DNA from: Betaproteobacteria bacterium
GTDB lineage: Bacteria; Pseudomonadota; Gammaproteobacteria; Burkholderiales; Ga0077523
Length of the DNA stretch: 64,000 bases
Direction: 5' to 3'
NCBI GenBank assembly: GCA_037141795.1
Contig: JBAXBV010000009.1
Coordinates: 44,788 to 108,787 of the forward strand
The translations under genes and the position numbers were made by a program. The notes beneath the pieces are model-generated. The model worked only from the letters and a program-made list of their open reading frames with translations, searched no databases and was not told the origin of the DNA. Numbering within the stretch: position 1 is the stretch's first letter; the number at the start of each line of letters is the position of its first letter. This document shows positions 38,772 to 51,841 of this stretch, in pieces.

Positions 38772-39548
38772 TCAGAAGTCTCCCCACAGCGTCTGCATTG
38801 CCGCGAGCGCCGCGATTGCCGCCGTCTCGGTACGAAGCACGCGCGGGCCGAGCCTGACGGAAAGGAACCCGCGGTCCAGGGCGAGTTCCGATTCGACCGG
38901 GGAGAGCCCGCCCTCGGGCCCTGCCAGAAGCAGCACGCCGGCGCCGGGCGGGGGCAGGTCGCGGACACGGACCGCGCCACCGACCGCGAGCATCAGTCGG
39001 CTCTCGTCGGGACTGCCCGGCCGGCCCAGTGCTGCCAGCCAGTGGGTGAACGGGACGGGTTCATCCACCGACGGAACAAGGTTGCGGCCGCATTGCTCGC
39101 AGGCCGAGACGGCCACGCCCTGCCAGTGGGCGCGGCGGCGGTCCACCCGGTCGCCGCCGAGCTTGACGACACTGCGCTCCGACAGGACCGGAATCAATCG
39201 GGCGACGCCCAACTCCACCGCCTTGCGAATCGTGAAGTCCATGCGCTCGCCGCTCGAGACGCCCTGAACGAGAGTGACCCGCAGGGGCGATTCCGGGCCT
39301 TCCGCGCGGAACCGGCCGGTCTTCACCCGCACATCGTTCTTCCCCGCGTGGGTGATGGTCGCGTCGTACTCGCCACCCGTCCCGTCGAAGACGACGAGGG
39401 GATCGTTCGGCTCCAGTCTCAGGACGCGAATGGCGTGGTGGGCGGCTACGGGAGGAAGACTCACCTCGGCTCCCGGACCCAGATGATCGGGCACGTGGAA
39501 GCGTGCTCCGCTCTTGATATTTGCCGCAGTCTTCATGGTACGGCTCAT
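38772..39548 (-). CDS. rsmE: 16S rRNA (uracil1498-N3)-methyltransferase
   Basis: RFHVP...HH..RVLRL, GERMDFTIRKAVELGV, ACEQCGRN, LAGPEGGLS, LGPRVLRTETAA. The start could be 4 codons downstream. Confidence 0.88.
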   Translation of the reverse strand: MSRTMKTAANIKSGARFHVPDHLGPGAEVSLPPVAAHHAIRVLRLEPNDPLVVFDGTGGEYDATITHAGKNDVRVKTGRFRAEGPESPLRVTLVQGVSSGERMDFTIRKAVELGVARLIPVLSERSVVKLGGDRVDRRRAHWQGVAVSACEQCGRNLVPSVDEPVPFTHWLAALGRPGSPDESRLMLAVGGAVRVRDLPPPGAGVLLLAGPEGGLSPVESELALDRGFLSVRLGPRVLRTETAAIAALAAMQTLWGDF

Positions 39549-39621
39549 GCTAACATCGATCGAATGAATTGCAGATCATGGTGATGCCGACATCGAATCT
39601 CGAGCGCGCGCAGGTGGCGCG

Positions 39622-40461
39622 GTGAATTTCGCCGGCGCGGAACTCGCCGATGCCGCACTTTTGGGGGAAGTCTGTGCGGCCGTCCGCGAAGTGGCGGCCA
39701 GGCATGTCATGCCGCGATTCCGGAATGCAACCCACAGCCGGAAGGAAGACGGCACCCTGGTGACCGAGGCTGACCTGGAAACCCAGGCGGCTCTTGTGGA
39801 AAGGCTCCAGGCACTGGTGGCGCATCCGGTGCTGGGCGAGGAAATGACGCCGGAAGAGCAGGGCCTGCAGTGGGATCAGGGCGAGGACGGCCTCTGGTGC
39901 ATCGACCCCATCGATGGCACGTCGAATTTTGTTCGTGGGGTGCCCTATTTTGCGGTTTCGGTTGCCCTGATGCGTCGTGGCCGCTCCGAACTCGGGGTGG
40001 TGTTCGCACCCCTTTCGGATGAATTGTTCGAAGCAAGGCGCGGGCATGGCAGCTTCCTCAATGGCGAACGCCTGGGGCTGGGTGCCCCCGCCCCGGATCT
40101 CCGGGGTGCCATGGCCAATGTGGATTTCAGGCGCATTCCCCGGTCTCTCGGGGCAGCCCTCGCGGTTGCGCCGCCCTATTGTTCGCATCGCAGCCTCGGG
40201 GCTGCCACGCTGGAGTGGTGCTACCTGGCGGCCGGCCGCCTCGACATCTATGTCCACGGTGGGCAGAAGCTCTGGGACTACGCCGCTGGCAGCCTGATTC
40301 TCGAGGAGGCCGGAGGCCGGCTGGGCACCCTGAAGTCTGACGACTTCTGGGCAGGAGCCCACTGGAAGCGGTCGGTGGTCGCTGCCCGGCATCCCGCCCT
40401 CTACGACGCCTGGCGCGGATGGCTGGACGCCCAGGCGATTGCCTCTCGGCCCGCTGCCTGA
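39622..40461 (+). CDS. Inositol monophosphatase family protein
   Basis: 279 aa, GTG start. TEADLE, GEE, IDPIDGTSNF, and WDYAAG motifs. Confidence 0.85.
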   Translation: MNFAGAELADAALLGEVCAAVREVAARHVMPRFRNATHSRKEDGTLVTEADLETQAALVERLQALVAHPVLGEEMTPEEQGLQWDQGEDGLWCIDPIDGTSNFVRGVPYFAVSVALMRRGRSELGVVFAPLSDELFEARRGHGSFLNGERLGLGAPAPDLRGAMANVDFRRIPRSLGAALAVAPPYCSHRSLGAATLEWCYLAAGRLDIYVHGGQKLWDYAAGSLILEEAGGRLGTLKSDDFWAGAHWKRSVVAARHPALYDAWRGWLDAQAIASRPAA

Positions 40462-40554
40462 GCCCCTCGCCCCGGTCTGATTGACCGGCGTCACCCTTGC
40501 CGGTATCTTCCGCCGTTCCCCTTTTTCTGTGCGAAGCCGGGGTTCTGCCCTGGA

Positions 40555-42258
40555 ATGACGATGGAACTTACCGGCGCTGAAATCACCGTGCGCTGCCTGG
40601 CCGACGAGGGAGTCGAGTATCTCTTCGGCTACCCGGGCGGGGCGGTGCTGCACATCTACGACGAGCTCTTCAAGCAGGACAAGGTCAAGCACATCCTGGT
40701 CCGCCACGAGCAGGCGGCCGTTCATGCCGCAGACGGCTATGCGCGCGCCTGCGAGAAACCGGGGGTCGTGCTGGTCACCTCCGGTCCTGGCGTGACGAAT
40801 GCCGTCACCGGCATTGCCACGGCGTACATGGATTCGATTCCCATGGTGATCGTGACCGGCCAGGTGCCGACCTATGCCATCGGCCAAGACGCCTTCCAGG
40901 AGGTGGACACCGTCGGGATCACCCGGCCGTGCGTGAAGCACAACTTCCTCGTCAAGGACGTCCGGGACATCGCTGCGACGATGAAGAAGGCGTTCTACAT
41001 CGCGACCACCGGTCGGCCCGGTCCCGTGCTCGTGGACATCCCCAAGGACGTGACCGTCGCGCGGTGCGAGTACTCCTATCCGGACTCGGTCTCCATGCGG
41101 TCCTACAGCCCTGTGGTCAAGGGGCACGCGGGCCAGATCCGCAAGGCGCTTGCGCTGCTCGCGGACGCGAAGCGCCCGATGATCTACACGGGCGGTGGCG
41201 TGGTCCTGGGCAGTGCCTCGGCCGAACTCGTCAAGCTGGTCCGGTCCCTGGGCTATCCCTGCACCAACACCCTCATGGGTCTCGGCGGTTACCCGGCCAC
41301 CGATCCCCAGTTCATGGGCATGCTGGGCATGCATGGCACCTACGAGGCCAACATGGCCATGCAGAACTGCGACGTTCTGCTGGCGGTCGGCGCGCGGTTC
41401 GACGACCGGGTCATCGGCAACCCGAGGCACTTTTTCCAGGAAGACCGTCGCATCATCCACATTGATGTGGATCCTTCCTCGATCTCGAAGCGGGTGAAGG
41501 TGGATGTTCCCATCGTGGGGGACGTGAGGGAGGTGCTGGCTGAGATGAACCGCCAGCACGCGGCCTCGCCCGTGACTCCGGACGCGGCGGCGCTCAAGGC
41601 ATGGTGGACGCAGATAGAACTGTGGCGGGGCCGGGACTGCCTGAAGTACGACCGGTCCAGCGCGATCATCAAGCCGCAGATGGTGGTGGAGAAACTCTAC
41701 GAGGTCACGGGCGGCGACGCCTATGTGACCTCCGATGTGGGGCAGCACCAGATGTGGGCCGCCCAGTTCTACAAGTTCGACAAGCCGAGGCGCTGGATCA
41801 ATTCCGGCGGGCTCGGAACCATGGGGTTCGGCCTGCCCGCGGCCCTCGGGGCGTGGCTTGCGCACCCCGATGCGACCGTTGCCTGCGTGACCGGCGAGGC
41901 GTCGATCCAGATGTGCATCCAGGAACTGTCCACCTGCAAGCAGTACCGGGCACCCCTCAAGATCATCAACCTCAACAACCGCTACATGGGCATGGTGCGC
42001 CAGTGGCAGGAGTTCTTCCACGGGAACCGTTATGCGGAATCCTACATGGACGCGTTGCCGGATTTCGTCAGGCTCGCGGAAAGCTATGGGCATGTGGGCA
42101 TGCGCATCGACAAGCCGGCGGACGTGGAGGGTGCCCTGCGCGAGGCCTTTTCCCGCAAGGACGAACTCGTCTTCATGGACTTCGTCACCGACCAGACCGA
42201 GAACGTGTTCCCGATGGTGCCGGGCGGCAAGGGTCTGTCCGAGATGATCCTCGTCTAG
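40555..42258 (+). CDS. ilvI: Acetolactate synthase (biosynthetic) large subunit
   Basis: 567 aa. GYPGGAVL, HEQAAVHAADGYAR, TSGPGVTN, and ThDP motif GGLGTMGFGLPAA...NNRYMGMV. Confidence 0.95.
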   Translation: MTMELTGAEITVRCLADEGVEYLFGYPGGAVLHIYDELFKQDKVKHILVRHEQAAVHAADGYARACEKPGVVLVTSGPGVTNAVTGIATAYMDSIPMVIVTGQVPTYAIGQDAFQEVDTVGITRPCVKHNFLVKDVRDIAATMKKAFYIATTGRPGPVLVDIPKDVTVARCEYSYPDSVSMRSYSPVVKGHAGQIRKALALLADAKRPMIYTGGGVVLGSASAELVKLVRSLGYPCTNTLMGLGGYPATDPQFMGMLGMHGTYEANMAMQNCDVLLAVGARFDDRVIGNPRHFFQEDRRIIHIDVDPSSISKRVKVDVPIVGDVREVLAEMNRQHAASPVTPDAAALKAWWTQIELWRGRDCLKYDRSSAIIKPQMVVEKLYEVTGGDAYVTSDVGQHQMWAAQFYKFDKPRRWINSGGLGTMGFGLPAALGAWLAHPDATVACVTGEASIQMCIQELSTCKQYRAPLKIINLNNRYMGMVRQWQEFFHGNRYAESYMDALPDFVRLAESYGHVGMRIDKPADVEGALREAFSRKDELVFMDFVTDQTENVFPMVPGGKGLSEMILV

Positions 42259-43887
<1,629 letters not shown>

Positions 43888-44075
43888 GGTCCCTGCGGGA
43901 ACGGGCGCTGGCTGGACGGGTCACCGCGAGACTGGCCCCCGAGGCGGTCGCGTCGATTCTTTGCGCGGCGGACAGGTGATATCCTGTCGATGGAGGTCCG
44001 GTTGATGGGCCGCGAGATGCCCCGCGTCTTACGTTTCCGGCGTTGGGGCCTCACCGGTTTCTGGAGGCACCCTTG

Positions 44076-44858
44076 ATGGAAGACAATCAGGCCAGGCGGC
44101 GCTGGCTTGCGCGGCGCCGGTTTCGCCCGGGGTTCTTCTGGCTGCCCAATGCCATCACGACCGTGGCCCTGTTCGCGGGCTTTTACGCGATCGTGCAGGC
44201 CATGAACAACCGGTATGCGGTGGCCGCCGCAGCCATCTTCGTTGCGATGGTGTTCGACGGTCTGGACGGTCGCGTGGCGCGCCTGACCCGCACGCAGAGC
44301 GATTTCGGGGCGGAACTCGATTCCCTGTCCGACATGGTCGCTTTCGGGGCGGCGCCTGCTCTCGTCATGTACGAATGGGCGTTGCGGGGGCTCGGCAAGT
44401 TCGGCTGGGCCGCAGCCTTTGCCTACTGTGCCTGCGCTGCGCTGCGGCTGGCGCGGTTCAACACCAACATCGGCGTCGTCGACAAGCGGTATTTCCAGGG
44501 CCTTCCCAGCCCCGCCGCGGCGGCTGTGGTGGCCGGCTTCGTCTGGGCCATGGATACCTTCGACTACCAGGGTTCCCGTCTCGACTGGTACGCCGCCGGC
44601 ATCACGGTCTTCGCTGCATTCACCATGGTGAGCAACGTCCGCTTCTACAGCGGCAAGGACATCAACATCCGCAAGTCCGTGCCCTTCTGGCAGGTCGTCC
44701 TTGTTCCGCTTCTCGTGGCGCTCGTGTTCTTCATGTCCGACAACCTTCCCGAAATGCTTTTCACGATGGCGATCCTCTATGCGCTGTCCGGGTACGTGAT
44801 GGCTCTGGTGGGTTTCGCAAGACCCTCGCCCCCGTCCCCACCGGAATCGCCGTCCTGA
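44076..44858 (+). CDS. pssA: CDP-diacylglycerol--serine O-phosphatidyltransferase
   Basis: CDP-alcohol phosphotransferase motif DGLDGRVARLTRTQSDFGAELDSLSDMV. Multi-TM protein. Alternative start at 44043. Confidence 0.88.
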   Translation: MEDNQARRRWLARRRFRPGFFWLPNAITTVALFAGFYAIVQAMNNRYAVAAAAIFVAMVFDGLDGRVARLTRTQSDFGAELDSLSDMVAFGAAPALVMYEWALRGLGKFGWAAAFAYCACAALRLARFNTNIGVVDKRYFQGLPSPAAAAVVAGFVWAMDTFDYQGSRLDWYAAGITVFAAFTMVSNVRFYSGKDINIRKSVPFWQVVLVPLLVALVFFMSDNLPEMLFTMAILYALSGYVMALVGFARPSPPSPPESPS

Positions 44859-45109
44859 GCGGAGTGCTCCCTCGAGCCCGGTACTTGCCTCGAGTCCGGC
44901 GACGCCATATAGTCGGGATCATGCATTCCTGCCTTCCGATCGTTCCTGTCCGTCGCGCCTGCCCACTGCCGGCAGGGCGACTGCTGCGCGCAAGCGCACA
45001 CTAGACCCCTCCTCCCCCTCGCAGTGCCCCCCGCCGGACTTGACCGGTCCGCGAACCCTTTGTAGCTTCCGCGCTGCCTGCGGCGTCGCGGATCCGACTG
45101 GAGATCATC

Positions 45110-46645
<1,536 letters not shown>

Positions 46646-46646
46646 G

Positions 46647-46693
46647 GGAAGTCTGATTCACTTGCGCGGTCGCGTGATTGAGTCAGACCTTCC
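46647..46693 (+). terminator. Imperfect long hairpin just after leuA (possible terminator; no U-tract)
   Basis: GGAAGTCTGA ... TCAGA(C)CTTCC outer stem (10 bp, 1 bulge) with inner TCAC/GTGA pairs, beginning 2 nt after the leuA stop. Confidence 0.3.
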
Positions 46694-46822
46694 CTGGCGG
46701 GAGGCATCCGGGCCCGGGGCGGGTGCGGTCGGCAGACCCATTCGCAGCCGGGGTACCCGTCGAATCGGCTATGCTTGTCCTGGTCGTCCGCCGGGTCGGT
46801 ACTTCAGTGAGGAATCGTTGCC

Positions 46823-48160
46823 ATGACCGATTCAACCCGCCACTTGTCATCCGCGCACCGTATCGTCATCGTCGGCGGGGGGGCGGGTGGCCTCGAACTC
46901 GCCACGCGTCTGGGCGATTCGCTCGGCAGGCGCGGGCGCGCTCAGATAACGCTGGTGGACCGCGCGCGCACCCATCTCTGGAAGCCGCTTCTGCACCAGG
47001 TCGCGGCGGGCTGCATGGACATGAACGATCACGCGCTCGACTATCTGGCCCAGGCGCGGTGGCACCACTTCAGTTTCCAGCTGGCACACATGACGGGGCT
47101 CGACCGGGCTGGCAAGAAGGTGCTGCTCGGTCCGCTCGTGGACGCCGAAACGGGCCAGGAGGTGCTTCCTGCCCGGTCCCTTCCCTACGACACCCTCGTC
47201 ATCGCGGTGGGAAGCCAGACCAACGATTTCGGGACCCTGGGTGCCCAGGCGCACGCCATTGCCCTGGACATGCCCGAGCAGGCCGAACGCTTCCGCAGCC
47301 GCCTCCTCAACGCCTGCATGCGTGCCAACGCCCAGGGTGGCCCACGGGAGCCCTGGCAGCTGCATGTCGCCATCATCGGTGCGGGCGCCACGGGCGTCGA
47401 ACTCGCGGCGGAACTGCACAATTCCACCCGCGAGCTGGTCGCCTTCGGCCTGGACAACATCGATCCGGAGCGTGACCTGCGCATCACCATCATCGAGGCG
47501 GCGGACCGCGTGCTGCCTGCCCTGCCGGTCCGGCTTTCGGAGGCCACCCAGGCCCTGCTCGGGAAACTCGGGGTCGAGGTACTGACGGGCGAGCGGGTCA
47601 CCGAGGTCACGGAGCACGGCGTGAGAACCCAGAGCGGGCGGGAAGTGCCTGCCGAGATCACCGTGTGGGCGGCCGGGATCAAGGCCCCCGAGTTCCTGAA
47701 GGACATCGCCGGCCTGGAGACCAACCGCCTCAATCAGCTGGTGGTGAACGACCGGCTGCAGACCACCCGTGATCCTTCGATCTTCGCCCTTGGCGACTGT
47801 GCTGCCTGCCCCTGGCCCGAGAAGAATGCTTTCGTTCCACCCCGTGCCCAGTCGGCCCACCAGCAGGCATCCTACCTGCTGCGTCATCTGCCGCGGTACA
47901 TCGCGGGCGGGGAGATGAAGCCCTGGCGCTACAGGGATTTCGGCTCGCTGGTATCTCTCGGCGACTACAGCACGGTGGGCAGCCTGATGGGCGGGCTCAC
48001 GCGGGGCAGTCTCATGATCGAGGGTTACTTCGCCGGCCTCATGTACGCATCCCTCTACAAGATGCACGAGTACGCGCTGCACGGATTCGCGAAGGTGTTT
48101 CTTGACACGCTGGCGCGCCTCATCGCCCGGCGCACCGAGCCGCACGTGAAGCTGCACTGA
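46823..48160 (+). CDS. ndh: Type II NADH dehydrogenase (NAD(P)/FAD-dependent oxidoreductase)
   Basis: 445 aa. Two dinucleotide folds: IVIVGGGAGGLELA and VAIIGAGATGVELAAEL. GDCA motif. Confidence 0.88.
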   Translation: MTDSTRHLSSAHRIVIVGGGAGGLELATRLGDSLGRRGRAQITLVDRARTHLWKPLLHQVAAGCMDMNDHALDYLAQARWHHFSFQLAHMTGLDRAGKKVLLGPLVDAETGQEVLPARSLPYDTLVIAVGSQTNDFGTLGAQAHAIALDMPEQAERFRSRLLNACMRANAQGGPREPWQLHVAIIGAGATGVELAAELHNSTRELVAFGLDNIDPERDLRITIIEAADRVLPALPVRLSEATQALLGKLGVEVLTGERVTEVTEHGVRTQSGREVPAEITVWAAGIKAPEFLKDIAGLETNRLNQLVVNDRLQTTRDPSIFALGDCAACPWPEKNAFVPPRAQSAHQQASYLLRHLPRYIAGGEMKPWRYRDFGSLVSLGDYSTVGSLMGGLTRGSLMIEGYFAGLMYASLYKMHEYALHGFAKVFLDTLARLIARRTEPHVKLH

Positions 48161-48170
48161 CGCAGGGGCG

Positions 48171-48542
48171 TCAGTTCTCGATCGCGTGGTATTTCAGGTC
48201 CGCCAGGGTGACCACGGACAGGGCGCGTATGTGGGTGGCTTCGAGATCCACCGGGGGGGCCACGCCGGCCTCGAGAGCTTCCCGCCAGCGACGCGCGCAG
48301 AGGCACCACCGGTCGCCAGGAACCAGCCCCGGAAACCGCCATTCGGGACGGGCGGTCACGAGATCGTTGCCCCGTTCCGAGCTGAAGGACAGGAATTCCG
48401 CGGTCATCCGCGCGCAGACCACGTGGGTGCCTGTGTCGCTGTCGTCGGTGCGGCAGCAACCATCGCGGAAGTACCCGGTCACAGGGTCGCGACTGCAATC
48501 ACGGAGGGGGGTTCCGAGGACATTCAGTTCGAATTCGGTCAT
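48171..48542 (-). CDS. DUF2237-family small cysteine-rich protein
   Basis: 123 aa from the ATG at 48542: MTEFELNVLGTPLRDCSRDPVTGYFRDGCCRTDDSDTGTHVVCA..RWCLCARRW. It is the C-terminal end of a spurious 560-aa track ORF. Confidence 0.75.
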   Translation of the reverse strand: MTEFELNVLGTPLRDCSRDPVTGYFRDGCCRTDDSDTGTHVVCARMTAEFLSFSSERGNDLVTARPEWRFPGLVPGDRWCLCARRWREALEAGVAPPVDLEATHIRALSVVTLADLKYHAIEN

Positions 48543-48805
48543 CGGCGCACGGCTGGGAAAGAGGTGGACCCCGATGGTACCCTGACGGTGAGGACCGTGG
48601 CCGGCCAGGTTTCCCGCCGCCACGGTCTGTCCCCGCGGTGTTCCAGACCGACCCCCGCACGGTCGCTGGCCTGTCGATCGACCTGGCACGAGTGTGCGCC
48701 ACCGCCGCCACCGTAGAGGGGGGGCAGGTGGCCTTCCAGAGGCGGGCCCGTTCATCGGCGCCCCGGTCGTGTTCCAGGTCACGGGGCGCGATGACGGTGC
48801 GAGAG

Positions 48806-50017
48806 TCAGGTGCGCAGCAGATCCCGCAGTTCGCGCCGCGGGCTCGGTCCGGCAGGCTCCGTCGAGAAACCCACGCGTGCCAGCATCTGCACGGTTTCCC
48901 GCTGCGGATCGATACCCAGGGCGTGGTGCAGCGCCTGCCGGGGACCGCGCATCTCGGGGAATTCCTGCAGGGCCTGCGAGAGCGGCTGCATGTCCACGCC
49001 GGCGGCAGTGGCCTGCAGATGGGTCCGCACGTAGGTGCGCCCGGCCGCAACCTGGGCTGCCCGGCTGTTCCCCTTCGTGGCCATCCAGAGATATCCGCTG
49101 CCGGTCTCCCAGGGTGCCCAGCTTTCCATGATCCGCTGCAGGTCGCTGCTTCCACGCTGCGGAACCTTCATGGGATCGAACAGGCCCGCCGCGTGCGCGA
49201 ACCGGATCTTCAGGCTGTTCAGGCTGATCCCGTCCCGGTGGGCGAGAATGGCCTCGGGCCCGATGCGGATCAGTCGCGCCGACTCCAGCCACGTGCGGGG
49301 TGTCACGCACTCGATCTCGAAGGCTTCCCGGGTGATTCGCCGGATCGGCGGCAGGGCCTTCTCGTCCATGACGATGCCGCTTCGCATGCCGGACGCATCG
49401 GCAGTGCTGGCCCAGGTCTGTGTCAGCGGGGCTGGCAGGGCGCGCCCGGCCGCGTAGGGTGACCGGCGCGTGTGACGGCGAGTGATCTGGTCGTGGAGCG
49501 GATCCGGACGGGCACTGCCGGCGCTGCCCAGCCTCAGGGAGGCCACCCGCGTGCCTTTCGGCAGCGCCTCGGGCGCTGGCGCGCCTCCCGGGAACAGGTC
49601 CACCGTCACGGCGATCCCCCGCTGGGTCGCGGCAATCACGGCCAGTTCGATGAAGGCCCCGCAGCCGATCAGGATCTGCCGTCCGAAGGGATCCGTCTCC
49701 GGAAGCAGTCGCTCCCCGTCGCAGACCAGGTGGATGCTGTCCGGCTCGGTCAGGTCGGCGATCCAGGGTTGGCGGTTGTGCGGGTTGGGCGCAAGCAGGG
49801 CGTGGGCAAGCATGAAACGCCGGACATCGGATTCCGCGCCCGGGGTCTGCCATGCCCGGACAGCTTCCTCCGGCGGATCACTGCCGCATCCCGCGACGGT
49901 ACCCGCGGCGGCGAGCACGAGGCCTCCGCCCACCAGCCTGATGAACTGGCGGCGCCCTGCGACAGGACCATCCGTTGGGCCGTCCGGGCTCCGCGCCGGC
50001 AATGGCGATGCATGCAT
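48806..50017 (-). CDS. Tat-signal lipoprotein of the nitroreductase-like (Acg-type FMN-binding) superfamily
   Basis: 403 aa. Twin-arginine motif GRRQFIRLVGGG followed by lipobox TVAGC. NPHNRQPW and RHTRR motifs are typical of nitroreductase-fold Tat pathway signal proteins. Confidence 0.7.
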   Translation of the reverse strand: MHASPLPARSPDGPTDGPVAGRRQFIRLVGGGLVLAAAGTVAGCGSDPPEEAVRAWQTPGAESDVRRFMLAHALLAPNPHNRQPWIADLTEPDSIHLVCDGERLLPETDPFGRQILIGCGAFIELAVIAATQRGIAVTVDLFPGGAPAPEALPKGTRVASLRLGSAGSARPDPLHDQITRRHTRRSPYAAGRALPAPLTQTWASTADASGMRSGIVMDEKALPPIRRITREAFEIECVTPRTWLESARLIRIGPEAILAHRDGISLNSLKIRFAHAAGLFDPMKVPQRGSSDLQRIMESWAPWETGSGYLWMATKGNSRAAQVAAGRTYVRTHLQATAAGVDMQPLSQALQEFPEMRGPRQALHHALGIDPQRETVQMLARVGFSTEPAGPSPRRELRDLLRT

Positions 50018-50395
50018 GGGATCTTCTCCTCGAAATTGCGGGCTTCACCCGCGTCCGCGCCGCGCAACGGGCTGGAGGGTTGCCGGTGGGCGCGGACCGG
50101 TCTCCCGCTGAAAGTCTACAGTGCCCCTGCGGTTCGTTGTTGTTTCCGATCAACGGGGCGACGCGAACCGGAGGCGGGATGCGGCGCGGGAGGGGCAATC
50201 GGGCGCGGCCCGCACTGGTCAAGGCCATCGGGGGAACGTGCCAGGACGGCAGGCGGGTGAGGTTCGACGTCGGCAGGCCAGAGGGTCCAGTGCGGCGGGT
50301 CCGGACACCGACCTGCCCGGCATTCCGGGTTTGCCTGCGCAACGAAGCGGCCGCTACACTCGGGCGAAGATCCACGCTGACCTCTGTCCGACTCC

Positions 50396-51841
50396 ATGCT
50401 CCGCAGGATTGCCCCCGTCGCTGTCACCCTCGCCCTGTCCCTGTCGCTGGGAGGATGCGCCCGGGAGGTTCATCGTCCCCGGCCGCTAGCGCCGGACGCG
50501 ACGGCGGCCGCGCTGGAGTCCCGCTCCCTGGCGTCCCCCGCATTGCGGGACTATCTGGTGGCCCAGGGACAGCCGGTCGATCCCTGGCCACGGGCCATCT
50601 GGGATCTGCCCGCGCTCACGCTTGCAGCCGTGTTCCATCACGCGGATATCGAGGTGGCGCGGGCCCGCGCGCGCGTGGCGGCCGCCGAGCGGCAGACGTC
50701 CCGGACCCGGGTGCCGTGGACGCTCACGGCCAGGCCCGAATACGATTCGCGGGAGAATGGCGCGACCCCCTGGGGCCTCGGTGTGCTGGCCGGGTTGCCG
50801 CTCGATATCGGGGGCAAGCGGGCGATCCGGTCCGAACAGTTGCAACGCCTGGAGAACGCCGCTGGCATCGAGGTGGGGGTTGCGGCATGGCGCGTGCGCA
50901 GTCGCCTGCGCAGGCATTTCGCGGACCTCCATCTCGCACGCGTCACCCTCGGGCTGCTGGAGGCGGAACAGGCGGAGCGGGTGACGCTCGCCAGGCTCAT
51001 CGACAGGCGGGTTGCCGTCGGCTACGCGGCGGAGACCGAGGCCAGCGCAATCCGCCTCAGGCTTGCCGAGGGCGACCTGGCCCTGCGGCGCGCCGCCATC
51101 CGCCAGGACCAGGCCCTCGCGGGTGTGGCCGAGGCGGCCGGCCTGCCTCTGGATGAGGTCCGCGCCGCCCGGTTCGATTTCGCCGCCGTGGCAACCCTGG
51201 TGCCTGCGCCGACCGGTGCGGACCTGCAGCGCGCGGCGCTGCTCAATCGCATCGACCTGCGTCGCAAGCTGGCCGACTATGCAGCGGCCGAGGCTGCGGT
51301 CAAGCTCGAGGTCGCGCGGCAGTATCCCGATCTCACGCTGGCGCCCGGTTACCTGTGGGATGCCGACCAGAGCGTCTGGTCGCTCGCCTTCCTGGCCGTG
51401 ATTCCCCCGGTAGCGCGCACGAAGGCACTCATCCGCGAGGCCGAGGCGCGTCGCGAAGTCGAGGAGAAGGCCTTCGTGGCGATGCAGGCTGGCGTCATCG
51501 CCGAGGCGCAGGCAGCCGCATCACGCTACCAGCGGGCGCTGGCGGCGCACACCGCTGCCAGGGGCCAGGTCGACGCCGCGGTCCGTCGCCGCGAGCAGGT
51601 ACAGCGGCAGTTCGAGGGTGGTCATGTGGACAGGGTGGAACTCACGCTCGCCCGCGTCGAGGCGGCTGTCGCCGAGCGCACGGCTGTGGTGGCGATGCTC
51701 GAAGTGCAGCAGGGCCTCTCTGCCCTGGAGGATGCGCTTCAGCGTCCGCTCGACAATCCTGAACTGACGGCGAGCGCCCAGGCGGTCGCTGCGACGCCCG
51801 CCGATCCCGGCATCAACCCGGCGCTGATCGACAATGACTGA
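50396..51841 (+). CDS. Outer-membrane efflux lipoprotein (TolC/OMF family)
   Basis: 481 aa. Lipobox SLGGC. Two OEP-type repeats rich in A/R/L/E. Its stop overlaps the next gene by 8 nt. Confidence 0.8.
   Translation: MLRRIAPVAVTLALSLSLGGCAREVHRPRPLAPDATAAALESRSLASPALRDYLVAQGQPVDPWPRAIWDLPALTLAAVFHHADIEVARARARVAAAERQTSRTRVPWTLTARPEYDSRENGATPWGLGVLAGLPLDIGGKRAIRSEQLQRLENAAGIEVGVAAWRVRSRLRRHFADLHLARVTLGLLEAEQAERVTLARLIDRRVAVGYAAETEASAIRLRLAEGDLALRRAAIRQDQALAGVAEAAGLPLDEVRAARFDFAAVATLVPAPTGADLQRAALLNRIDLRRKLADYAAAEAAVKLEVARQYPDLTLAPGYLWDADQSVWSLAFLAVIPPVARTKALIREAEARREVEEKAFVAMQAGVIAEAQAAASRYQRALAAHTAARGQVDAAVRRREQVQRQFEGGHVDRVELTLARVEAAVAERTAVVAMLEVQQGLSALEDALQRPLDNPELTASAQAVAATPADPGINPALIDND

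Noticed and set aside
44859-45109. A leucine leader peptide or attenuator in the 251-bp gap before leuA.
   Set aside because: The only short ORF (MHSCLPIVPVRRACPLPAGRLLRASAH) has no Leu run. Hairpins such as CTGCCGGCAG are short and not followed by U-tracts.
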